60,577 nt of DNA from a candidate division GN15 bacterium. GTDB lineage: Bacteria; Zixibacteria; MSB-5A5; GN15; FEB-12. The translations under genes and the position numbers were made by a program. The stretch is taken from the NCBI GenBank assembly GCA_014727815.1, contig WJMS01000257.1:1-60577 (forward strand), in the 5' to 3' direction. This document shows, in pieces, positions 38,823 to 47,924 of the stretch. The first letter of the stretch is position 1; the number at the start of each line of letters is the position of its first letter. Below the pieces are notes generated by a model, which made no database searches, was not told where the DNA came from, and was given only the letters and a program-made list of their open reading frames with translations.

Positions 38823-39278
38823 CTATTTCCGACCGTCCACGAACTGGGGCGAGGACGGTTCGGTATCCCGCAGGTACTGCAGGATCTTGTGACTGTGCTT
38901 CAGCTCTTCAAGCTCCACCCGTATCCGCTGGTGGCGACCGCGCAGGTACTCCTCGTTGCTCTCCACCAGGGCGACGTTCTTCTTGACCAGGGTCACGATA
39001 CTCGTCACCAGCCGCTTGATCTCGGGATTGACCGAGGCCAGCTTGAACTGCCGCGGATCCCGGTTCTTGATCTCCGTGATTTTCTCTTCCGACGCGTTGA
39101 TCCGCTTCTGGCAGCGCTCGATTTCCGCGTACAGGTCGAGCAGGTGCTCGTCCTTGTCGTACTTGAGCAGATCGCGCTGTTTGTCCAGCAGGATATACAG
39201 CGACTGGTAAAAGGAGTACTCCTGCTTGAGGACCCCGATCAGTTCTCGTTCCAGACGAGTCAGTGCGTTTTCAGTCAT
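38823..39278 (-). CDS. FlgN/FliT-like flagellar chaperone
   Basis: Helical protein, YQSLYILLDKQRDLL, C-terminal FVDGRK; occupies the fliT position. Confidence 0.6.
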   Translation of the reverse strand: MTENALTRLERELIGVLKQEYSFYQSLYILLDKQRDLLKYDKDEHLLDLYAEIERCQKRINASEEKITEIKNRDPRQFKLASVNPEIKRLVTSIVTLVKKNVALVESNEEYLRGRHQRIRVELEELKHSHKILQYLRDTEPSSPQFVDGRK

Positions 39279-39279
39279 G

Positions 39280-39714
39280 TTACCCCGATACGGTAAAACC
39301 GTTGCTGGGCGCGGTGGCGGCCGGGGCGGGCGCGCTCGACCGGTCGGCCGGCTGCTCCTTGAGCCCCTTCCACCCGCTTTTCAGGTTTTCGAGGATACGA
39401 ATATTGGCCGCGATAATCTCCTGGTCACGGGTCGCCTGCGCGATATCGATCTGGCAGATCAAAAACGTGTACAGCTTGCCCAGCGATTGGGCGATCTCCC
39501 CGCCCTGCTCATCGTCCAGCGTCGTGTACAGGTGCACCAGGAACTTGCGCGCCCGCTGCATCTGCTCGTAACCGGCATCATAGCGCTTGTTCTGATAGGC
39601 GTCACCGGCGCTGCGGAAAGCGCCGATTGCGCCGTCGTAAACCTGCAGGATCAGGTCAATCTGCGACTTGCCGAGAGTGTCGATCGTCCGATAGGTGTTC
39701 AGTTTGCCGTCCAT
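39280..39714 (-). CDS. fliS: Flagellin chaperone FliS
   Basis: LILQVYDGAI, LDDEQGGEIAQSLGKLY, LKSGW. Confidence 0.92.
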   Translation of the reverse strand: MDGKLNTYRTIDTLGKSQIDLILQVYDGAIGAFRSAGDAYQNKRYDAGYEQMQRARKFLVHLYTTLDDEQGGEIAQSLGKLYTFLICQIDIAQATRDQEIIAANIRILENLKSGWKGLKEQPADRSSAPAPAATAPSNGFTVSG

Positions 39715-39742
39715 GGTCCTCCCAGTACGGTATACCGGCGGC

Positions 39743-42079
39743 CTAGCCGCCCTGGTTGAATTTCCAGTTGTTGTCCAGCGATGCGATTTTGCTGCTCAGG
39801 AAACTGCCGATCGAATTCATCTGCCCGATCGCCTGCTCCATTGCGTAGAAGTCTTTTAAGAGGCGCTCGCGGCGAAGTTCGAGTCGCTGGTCGAACTCAC
39901 CGATCCGCGCGTTGAGGTTGTCGATCTGCCCCTGGACACCCTTGATCCGGACATCCAGCATGCCACTGCCCGCCTGCGACAGGCTGTCCACCGTATCGTC
40001 GAGACGCGAGGCAATCCCCTTGGCAATCGTCACGCTCCCCTCAGCGCCGTCAGTGACCTGGCTCGTGTCGAGCGTGATGCGCAACTGCAAGCCCTCGGTG
40101 GTGGCGTTGCCCTCTTTGCCTTTGAGTAGCTGCCCGGTGCCTTCGGCGGCTTCACCGTTGATCGTCCCCTCGACATCAACACCGTCCTCCGATACGCCCG
40201 TGGCCAGCCCGAGGGCGCCGGCCGCGCTGTTGGTTACCGAAGTAATGACGTTGACGCTCGATGACGACCCGTAGGTGGAACTGCTGAACGCCAGGTAGCC
40301 GGAGTCGGCGCCCGTCTCGACCCATTCGACCGTCAGGCCGCGCGTGCCGAGCTTGGCGTCGTTGTCGATCTGGTTCTGGATCTCGGTGACGAGTTCCTCG
40401 GTCGTGTCGTACGTCCGCTCGCTGAGAATGATCTCCTCAGACTCGACCCCGTCCATCGACAGCCGAAGACGATTGTTGCTGCCGTCGAGCGTCAGCGGCG
40501 TGACATACGGGCTGTCGATCGACATGCCGCGGAACTGCCCGCGCGTGGCGGCCTTCGTAATGTCGACATCAAACGCCTCCCCCACTTTCGTCCTGGCAGT
40601 GGCGGAAACGAAGCTGATGCTCTCGGTCGAACTGTTGCCGGAGTCGACAAAGAGGTTGATGACATCGTCGAGATTGTTGCGGATCGCGTTTTCGAGCGCA
40701 CTCGAATCGCGAACGGTCAGCTGCCCCTGGGCGTTGGTTCGAATACCGATCGTCGCGAGCTGGTTGTACTTGCTTTCCAGTCCGGCCACCGGGTTGGCGA
40801 TCGCCCGGCGCAACGAGTACTGCATCATCTGCACCGAGTAGTCACCCAGCAGCGTCCCGGCTTCGCCGGTGTCCGCGTTGTAGTCGTTCTGGCTGTCGAC
40901 GAATTTATTGACGTCGTTGAGCTTGGTCAGCAAGCCCTGGATCGTCTCTTTGATCGCGGCAACATCAATATCGGTCTTCAGCGAGACTGTCTCCCCCGGC
41001 GGCGTTACCTTACCGGCCGTCAGCGACAGACCCGATATGACCTGCTTGAACTCATTGGTTTCGGAAGTAATCGTAATTGGTGAGCCGCCACCGTCGGAAG
41101 ATCCAATGGCCAGACGGGCGTCGGACGCGTCCTGCAACAGCGGCGCAAACGTGCCGACCTGGAAGGTATCGCCGGCCTGTAATTGGCCCGACGAGAAAGT
41201 CAGCTTGAGCCCGTCGGCCCCCTCACCGACCAGCTCAACCTCCGTGTCTGCCTGGGTGACGACGATCGAACCGGAGTTCGTGCCGTCGGTCCAGTCGAGC
41301 ACGATATTGTCACTGCCGACCGTCTGTTGACCGGTACCGGCCACTGTGAAGGTGTACGTCTTGTTGGTCGTGCCGGTATACGCGGCGGTCGCGCCCAGGG
41401 CCAGCGTAGCGTCAGACTCGGCATCGACCGACACTGCTTCCGGGTTGTCGAAGGTGGCGGTCGTGAAGTTCAGAGACTTATCGCCGGTGAGGTTCGACTC
41501 GAGATGTATGCGGTTTTTGACGCCGGTCTTGTCGGCCGACAGGACAAGCCGATACGGATTCGATTCGGAACCGTCATTGACAATACTGGCCCGCACGCCG
41601 GCATCGGCGCTGTTGATCGCGTTTTTGATACCGGTCAGCGAGTTATTACCGGCGTCGATGGTGATGTCCGTCGTGGCGCCATCACCGACGCTGATACTAA
41701 TCGTTCCGGTACCGAACTGAGCCAGCGATTCATCGTCAAACCCCTGGCTGGCGATCTGGTGGTTTCGAGCCAGCGCCTGGACCTGGATATCGTAGGAGCC
41801 GCTGCCGACCCGCCCGGAAGCGGTAGCCGTCAGGTAGCTGTCATCGGAGACCGACACGTCCGTAGCTTCAAACGTCGTGGCCCGCGACAACGACCGGGTC
41901 TGGGTCGCCAGGGCGAGCAGTTTCGCCTGAAAGGCCTTGTAGGTCGTAACGATATTCGTCTTTTCGGCGACCTGCCGTTCCATGAGAACAGCCGGACGGC
42001 GCTCGTACTGGAGAATGGAGTTGATGATCTCGGTGGTATTGAGACCGGATGAGATTCCGTCGATCGACGTGAGTGGCAT
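39743..42079 (-). CDS. fliD: Flagellar filament cap FliD (778 aa)
   Basis: GISSGLNT, LARNHQIAS, GVRASIVND, LLGD, LATIGI, C-terminal FYAMEQAI. Confidence 0.93.
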   Translation of the reverse strand: MPLTSIDGISSGLNTTEIINSILQYERRPAVLMERQVAEKTNIVTTYKAFQAKLLALATQTRSLSRATTFEATDVSVSDDSYLTATASGRVGSGSYDIQVQALARNHQIASQGFDDESLAQFGTGTISISVGDGATTDITIDAGNNSLTGIKNAINSADAGVRASIVNDGSESNPYRLVLSADKTGVKNRIHLESNLTGDKSLNFTTATFDNPEAVSVDAESDATLALGATAAYTGTTNKTYTFTVAGTGQQTVGSDNIVLDWTDGTNSGSIVVTQADTEVELVGEGADGLKLTFSSGQLQAGDTFQVGTFAPLLQDASDARLAIGSSDGGGSPITITSETNEFKQVISGLSLTAGKVTPPGETVSLKTDIDVAAIKETIQGLLTKLNDVNKFVDSQNDYNADTGEAGTLLGDYSVQMMQYSLRRAIANPVAGLESKYNQLATIGIRTNAQGQLTVRDSSALENAIRNNLDDVINLFVDSGNSSTESISFVSATARTKVGEAFDVDITKAATRGQFRGMSIDSPYVTPLTLDGSNNRLRLSMDGVESEEIILSERTYDTTEELVTEIQNQIDNDAKLGTRGLTVEWVETGADSGYLAFSSSTYGSSSSVNVITSVTNSAAGALGLATGVSEDGVDVEGTINGEAAEGTGQLLKGKEGNATTEGLQLRITLDTSQVTDGAEGSVTIAKGIASRLDDTVDSLSQAGSGMLDVRIKGVQGQIDNLNARIGEFDQRLELRRERLLKDFYAMEQAIGQMNSIGSFLSSKIASLDNNWKFNQGG

Positions 42080-42142
42080 GGGACTCCTAATCCTCTGTTA
42101 TGACGTCACTGTCAGCAACAATTGCTCATCGTGTAAAGGGCG

Positions 42143-42173
42143 GTTCCGGAGGAGGCTGAACCTCCTCCGGAAC
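42143..42173 (-). terminator. 13-bp hairpin after fliC (stabiliser or leaky terminator)
   Basis: GTTCCGGAGGAGG-ctgaa-CCTCCTCCGGAAC. Confidence 0.6.
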
Positions 42174-42189
42174 GCGCGTGCTATTCGAC

Positions 42190-44370
42190 TTAGAAGAGCG
42201 ACAGAACCGTCTGCGGAACCTGGTTGGCCTGAGCCAGCATGGCGGTGCCAGCCTGGACCAGAATCTGGTTCTTGGTGAATTCTGACATCTCTTCAGCCAT
42301 ATCGGTGTCACGAATCATCGATTCGGAGGCCGAGAGGTTCTGGGCCGCGACCCGGAGGTTACGCAAGTTGGATTCCAGCGTGTTCTTCTGGAAGCTACCG
42401 AGCGTACCGCGAGTCGTGGAAACCTCGTTGATCGCCGCATCGATAATCGTCTGGGCATCCTGAGCGCCCTGGACAGTGGTCACATCGATCTCGGAGAGCG
42501 AGCGGAACGTGTTGCCCGCAATGTTCTTACCGAGAGACGAGGCGGACATGTCGCGCACGCCGATGGAGGCCGTCTGACCGACGTTTGCGCCGATCTGGAA
42601 GACCAGCGACTGGTCGGTGTTGTTGATCGTCTCGGAACCACCGGTCGAGGTCAGACCGATGTTCAGCAGCAGCGACTCGGAGCGATCGGCGTTGTAGACG
42701 GTCGAATCGAAGCCGGCCGTCACGGACTGCGACGGGCCACCATCGAGACGGACATCGAACTTCGCCGCTTCGACATCGAGCAGCAGGTTCCCGACGTCGA
42801 TACCGGTCGAGGCCTTGGCGACGACCATATCGATCGAGCCGCGGTTGGCGTCGTCGGAATCGCCGGTGTACAGGGTCACGTTCTGCGTGGTCGCGTAGGC
42901 AACCTTGTCAATCGTGTTGGTGTAGTTGTCGAACCGGATGATCGCGTCGGTACCACGGACGGCCAGCGTGTCGTTGCTCAGGTTCAGGGCGTGACGGAGG
43001 TTACCGGTGGTGGTATCGCCGTCGTCGGCCAGGACCTGAATCGAGTAGTTGGAGCCTTCGTCCTTGGTCCGGAACTCGATCCGGTTGCTGTCGACCAGGA
43101 ACGCCTCAATATCGTTGACGCCGCCGGAAATGGTGGCGAAGGCGGTGGAGCTGGCCAGCGCCGTGTTGATATCGTCGACCAGCTGCGAGTACGACGTGTA
43201 AGTCGTGGCACTCAGCTGAATCTGGGCGTTGGTGTTGCCGTTGGCCTCGGTGTTCACGGTCAGGTTCAGACCATCATCGGAAACACCGCGCTTGGAACCC
43301 GTGGTGAAGGCGAAGTACTCAACACCGTCGGTACCACCGGAGACCTTGGTCGAGGCGCCGGTCTGGACCGAGTACTGGGCGCCGGCATTAGCGGTCTGCA
43401 GCGCGATCTCGGCGCCGGCGGTCGCGAAGACGACCTTACCGGACAGCGACGAGTTCAGGGCGACCTGGGTGTTCAGCTTGCCGACCACGTCTTCCTGCGT
43501 ATCGCTCTCGGCGATCGTGACGGTCAGGGTCTGGTTACCGGTCGGGGACTCGCCGTTCTCCTGGTAGTTGATCACGACGTTGTAGGTACCGGCGGTCGAG
43601 GCCTGCACGGCACCGGAGGTGGCGGTAGCGTTGATCGTCGCCACGGCCGAGGCGGTGTTGACCTGCAACCCGTTACCAAAGGCATCGGTCAGCGTGATCG
43701 CATCAGAGCGCTTCTTGGCGACGTCGGAGGCCTGGACCACGTCCACGTTGTGGATCTTCTCTTCCAGGTTGTACGGATCACCATCAGTGTTCTGCAGCGA
43801 CAGACCCAGCGAGGTAGTGTTCAGCGATGCGCTGGCCTCGGCGGTCTTCGTGATCGTTACCGAGTGGGTGCCGTCAGTGAGGTTCGACCGGCGGACGGTC
43901 AGTTCGGACGTGTTGGACGACGTGATCGTCGCAATGTTGTCCTTGGAGCCATCGAGGATCTTCTTGGTACCGAACTGCGTGTTGGCAGCGATACGGTCGA
44001 CGGTCTTGATGGCGTTTTCGATTTCGGCCTGGTCCGCAGCCAGCTGGTCGGCATCGTTGAAGCCTTCGTTGGCGGCGTGAATGGCCAGTTCGCGCATCGA
44101 GATCAGCAGGTTGTTGATTTCCGTCAGCGCGCCCTCAGCAGTCTGGATCATCGAGATCGATCCTTCGTTGTTCTGGATCGCGCGGTTGAGACCGGCGATC
44201 TGCGAGCGGAACTGCTCGGAGATCACCAACCCGGCCGGATCATCGGCGGCCTGGTTGATACGGAAACCGGACGACAGCTTCTGCATGGATTTGTTCATGG
44301 CAGTTGTCGTCAGTTTCAGATTGCGGTTCGCATTGATTGCCGCAATGTTGTGATTGATGCGAAGTGACAT
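42190..44370 (-). CDS. fliC: Flagellin (726 aa)
   Basis: MSLRINHNI, LSSGFRINQAADD, QTAEGAL, FQIGAN, IRDTDMAEEM, AQANQVPQ. Confidence 0.97.
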   Translation of the reverse strand: MSLRINHNIAAINANRNLKLTTTAMNKSMQKLSSGFRINQAADDPAGLVISEQFRSQIAGLNRAIQNNEGSISMIQTAEGALTEINNLLISMRELAIHAANEGFNDADQLAADQAEIENAIKTVDRIAANTQFGTKKILDGSKDNIATITSSNTSELTVRRSNLTDGTHSVTITKTAEASASLNTTSLGLSLQNTDGDPYNLEEKIHNVDVVQASDVAKKRSDAITLTDAFGNGLQVNTASAVATINATATSGAVQASTAGTYNVVINYQENGESPTGNQTLTVTIAESDTQEDVVGKLNTQVALNSSLSGKVVFATAGAEIALQTANAGAQYSVQTGASTKVSGGTDGVEYFAFTTGSKRGVSDDGLNLTVNTEANGNTNAQIQLSATTYTSYSQLVDDINTALASSTAFATISGGVNDIEAFLVDSNRIEFRTKDEGSNYSIQVLADDGDTTTGNLRHALNLSNDTLAVRGTDAIIRFDNYTNTIDKVAYATTQNVTLYTGDSDDANRGSIDMVVAKASTGIDVGNLLLDVEAAKFDVRLDGGPSQSVTAGFDSTVYNADRSESLLLNIGLTSTGGSETINNTDQSLVFQIGANVGQTASIGVRDMSASSLGKNIAGNTFRSLSEIDVTTVQGAQDAQTIIDAAINEVSTTRGTLGSFQKNTLESNLRNLRVAAQNLSASESMIRDTDMAEEMSEFTKNQILVQAGTAMLAQANQVPQTVLSLF

Positions 44371-44574
44371 GTGGTCCTTCCTCCTTGAGTATTACTGTAA
44401 GGTTTCCTTACCCTTTTGTTTTCGTACTCCGTTTCACGGTCATGTCACTTCCTATGTCGGGGAAATCACCGGTGTCGATGGTCCTATTCACACCGCGCGT
44501 GTTGTTTATTCCTGAACACCCTCCTCTGCTACAGACCTGAATCTGTTTACCGCCTTCTTTTTATCTTATCAGTT

Positions 44575-44601
44575 TTTTCGGCATTCGCGGGCCCAACTTA
44601 A
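44575..44601 (-). promoter_or_regulatory. sigma28 promoter of fliC
   Basis: TTAA-N15-GCCGAAAA. Confidence 0.65.
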
Positions 44602-44641
44602 TAGAATTGCCCGCATTTTTTGGGCCTCGCGGCCGGTGCGA

Positions 44642-47356
44642 TCAGCCCCGCATCGGGGCGGTTTGACCGGCCTGCGCCAGGGCTGCAAGGCGTTCCTGCG
44701 CCGGCTTGAAGCCGGGGTCGAGCTGGATGATGCGACGGTAGCCCATGATCGCCGAATCCGTATGTCCCATATTGAGATAGCACTCCGACAGATGAAACAA
44801 CGCGAGCAGGTCGGCCGGATGCGAGACCAGATAACGTTCGTAATACGCCAGGGCCTGCTCGAAACGCCCCCCCTGACGGTGCAAATCACCGATAATATGG
44901 ACAATTTCTGACTGGTCTGGCGACACCGCGAGTGCATGTTCCAGCAACTCGATGGCCTCGGCCGCGCGGTCCAAACGGGCCAGGGTTAAGCCAAGATTGC
45001 GAGTCGCCGAGAAGTCCCTCGATTCCAGCCGAAGCGCCTCGCGGTAGAAGAGCTCGGCCTGGTCGAACTGTTCCGTTTTGAAATAGCAGTTGGCGAGGTC
45101 ATTGTACGTCGCAGCTGTCGCCTCCTCCGCCTCGATGAGCTGACGGTAATGAAGTGCAGCGTCCTCATAGCGTCCCAACGCAAACAGCGATTGGGCCATC
45201 GCCAGGTGCTCGTCGCTGTCGGTCGTCTCGATGTCCTTCATTCTCGAGAGCAGCTCGGCCGCCTCATCGTAGCGGCCAGATTCGCGATAAATCTCGATCA
45301 GTTTCGCCAGCGCGGTCGTGTTTTCCGGCTCGTGTTCCAGCACCTCGCGGTAGTGGCTTTCGGCCGAGCCATAGTCGCCGCGCCTAAAGGCGATGTATGC
45401 AAGGCCGAGATGGGACGACACCTCGTAAGCGCCCGCTTCGAGTTGACGGGTGAAATGTAACTCGGCTTTTTCCCAGTCATGTTCGGCCAGGAAGATCTGG
45501 CCGAGTCGCACCGCTGTCTTGAGATAGGTGGGCGACAGTCCCGCCGTTTGCAGCAGATACTTCTTCTCGCTCTCGGTATCCTCCAGTTCGTGCGCGAGGA
45601 GTGCCAGACCATAGTAGGCGGAGATGCGGCTGTCGATATGCTGCAGGATGAGCGGGTCGTGCTCTTTACTCGGCTCGTAGGCGGCCTGAGCGGCGAGATA
45701 GCCTTCGTAGGCCTCTTTCGCGTCGTCCAGTCGTGCCATGGTGCTGAGAATGTGCCCTCGAAGCAGCAGCGGGTCGAGATAGTCGGGGCGAATCTTCAGG
45801 GCGCGGTCACAGGAGTCCAGCGCCTTGTCGAACTGCTTGGTCTTGTAGTAGCACCAACCGAGCTGGTCAAGCGCCATAAGATGGAGGTGGCGACGGTTGC
45901 GGGTTGACGGATCGGTCAGTTCGACCACCCGATGGGCTGACTCCAGAAGCTGCCGCGCATCCTCGTCGTCGAAGTCGTCCTTGCCCCGAAGCAGCTGGGC
46001 GTAGTTGAAGTGAGCGAACGGATCGTTCGGGTTTTGCTCCAGTTGTTTTTCGAGCAAGGCCCGGGAGCGTTCCACCTTGCGGCGCATTTTCTCTTTCGAC
46101 AGCCCGTAACCGTAGTGCTTGAGTTTGACACCAATACGGGCCGTACGGGCATCGGCTGGCACCTGCAGTTGGTTGTGAACGATGCCATCGTAACGCAGGT
46201 TGAGCCGGCGGCGGAACAGCCGCATTGACGGCAGGAAGGTCACCTGGTCCGGTTTGTCGGTGTATACATTGAAGACATCGAGACAGACAATGTCGTAGCG
46301 TTCGTCCTTGAGGACCGGCTTTAGCCGGGGAATGTCCTCGACCACAATCTCCTCGTCGGCGTCGATGATAAACACCCAGTCACAGGTCGCCTGCTCGATA
46401 GAGTAGTTGCGATGTTTGGAGAAGTCACCTTCCCATTCCTGATGGAAGACCTTGGCGCCGAAGCTTTCGGCGATTTCGACCGTTCGGTCGGTAGAACCGG
46501 TGTCAACGATGACGATTTCATCGACCCAGTCGCGAATCGACTCGAGGCAGCCCGGCAACAGCTCTTCTTCGTTTTTGACAATCATGCAGGCCGAGACAGT
46601 CGGGCGGTCGATCAGGTCGGCCTCGAGCATCCGCAACTCCTGCACCTGTCGGCAGCTTGATAAACCGCGGCGGATGACGTCGTGCGCTTCGTCACGCCGA
46701 CTCAGGCGAGCCAGAACGCGGGCCAGGTTCAGATACGGCAGATAGTTGTGCGACAGGGCCGCGATCGACTGTTCCATCGGTTCGATCGCCTCTTCCAGGC
46801 GATTGCTGTCCATGTAAGCCGAGCCGATGATATTCAGCAGTTGCGAGCGGTGGGCGTCGGTAACGGCGAAGTCGAAGCCCGGAATCTCAGCATTACCGGA
46901 CGCTTCCAAAGCTCCGAGGTATTTCTCACCGAGTTCGATGGTGCGCTGGTGTTCGCCCATAGAGATGGCGACAAAGGCCAGGATGAAGGCAAAATCGGCC
47001 GAATCCGGCAGCAACGCGTCGCCTCGTTTGGCAGCCTGTTCGGCCTTGTCGAGTTGACCGAGCGCGGCAAAGCCGAAGGCGAGCAGGCGGTCGTAATGTA
47101 CTCGCTGGCGCTTGTCCGGGAACGGATACTTCGGCTCCAGCGGCACGATCGCTTCGGGGATCTTGTCGTGCTGGAAAGCGGTCAGATAATAGGTGCCGAG
47201 CGCCAGCCGCGCGGATATATCATCGGGATCCCGTCGTACACGAACCAGCAATTCATCGAGGCTGACCGCCCGGGGCCGCGATTGGACATCAGTTCGCGCT
47301 GTGCGGGGAGATTTTTTCTTTTTGCGTTTGGCCTGTTTGCGGGATGTTCCAGCCAT
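44642..47356 (-). CDS. TPR-GT2-TPR glycosyltransferase (probable flagellin glycosylation)
   Basis: SACMIVKNEE, VDTGSTD, IDADE, HYGY; TPRs on both sides; adjacent to fliC. Confidence 0.88.
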   Translation of the reverse strand: MAGTSRKQAKRKKKKSPRTARTDVQSRPRAVSLDELLVRVRRDPDDISARLALGTYYLTAFQHDKIPEAIVPLEPKYPFPDKRQRVHYDRLLAFGFAALGQLDKAEQAAKRGDALLPDSADFAFILAFVAISMGEHQRTIELGEKYLGALEASGNAEIPGFDFAVTDAHRSQLLNIIGSAYMDSNRLEEAIEPMEQSIAALSHNYLPYLNLARVLARLSRRDEAHDVIRRGLSSCRQVQELRMLEADLIDRPTVSACMIVKNEEELLPGCLESIRDWVDEIVIVDTGSTDRTVEIAESFGAKVFHQEWEGDFSKHRNYSIEQATCDWVFIIDADEEIVVEDIPRLKPVLKDERYDIVCLDVFNVYTDKPDQVTFLPSMRLFRRRLNLRYDGIVHNQLQVPADARTARIGVKLKHYGYGLSKEKMRRKVERSRALLEKQLEQNPNDPFAHFNYAQLLRGKDDFDDEDARQLLESAHRVVELTDPSTRNRRHLHLMALDQLGWCYYKTKQFDKALDSCDRALKIRPDYLDPLLLRGHILSTMARLDDAKEAYEGYLAAQAAYEPSKEHDPLILQHIDSRISAYYGLALLAHELEDTESEKKYLLQTAGLSPTYLKTAVRLGQIFLAEHDWEKAELHFTRQLEAGAYEVSSHLGLAYIAFRRGDYGSAESHYREVLEHEPENTTALAKLIEIYRESGRYDEAAELLSRMKDIETTDSDEHLAMAQSLFALGRYEDAALHYRQLIEAEEATAATYNDLANCYFKTEQFDQAELFYREALRLESRDFSATRNLGLTLARLDRAAEAIELLEHALAVSPDQSEIVHIIGDLHRQGGRFEQALAYYERYLVSHPADLLALFHLSECYLNMGHTDSAIMGYRRIIQLDPGFKPAQERLAALAQAGQTAPMRG

Positions 47357-47424
47357 GGAAACGGTCCTTTCCTATCGGGATACACGCGTGACAATGCGGC
47401 CGGGTGCGAGCGCGACTCGAGTGT

Positions 47425-47904
47425 TTACAGCTCGACCAGCTCTTCGGCCGGCTGTTCCACCATCTCATCTGCCTTCTCGAGTTCGTCGAGGAGGAAATGG
47501 CGCACGCGATACGATGAGTTCACCAGCACCAGCTGCTTGGCCAGGTTCGTCTCGGTATTGACCAGAATCGGTCCCTGCAGGTTGGCCGAGATCTGTTGGG
47601 GATCGTCGGGAATCGTCACGATGCAGTAGGTTTCGACCGACCTGACTTCGGCAACCTCCAGTTCGGCGATTTCCTGCGGGTTAACCTCGATATGGTAGCC
47701 CTTGTGAAAGAGCAGCGGGTTGGCCAGCAGGAATGCGACCGCTGGATCCTCGGTTGACTGGAACCACAAGAAGGGTCGCAGATCCTCGATATCGACCAGG
47801 CAGAACGTGGCCAGCTGTTCGAACCCAAGGATGGGTCGGGCCATAGTGATTATCTTGTCGTCCGGCACATCCAATGGTCCAAAGCGAAGACTGTGTACGA
47901 TCAT
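47425..47904 (-). CDS. fliW: Flagellar assembly factor FliW
   Basis: RFG, ILGFE, WFQS..DP..AF...NP, ANLQGPILVN. Confidence 0.95.
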   Translation of the reverse strand: MIVHSLRFGPLDVPDDKIITMARPILGFEQLATFCLVDIEDLRPFLWFQSTEDPAVAFLLANPLLFHKGYHIEVNPQEIAELEVAEVRSVETYCIVTIPDDPQQISANLQGPILVNTETNLAKQLVLVNSSYRVRHFLLDELEKADEMVEQPAEELVEL

Positions 47905-47924
47905 ATCCTATCCTCGTCTCCCCC

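Noticed and set aside
42190..44370. Enzymatic flagellin (flagellinolysin)
   Set aside because: No HExxH motif in the variable region.
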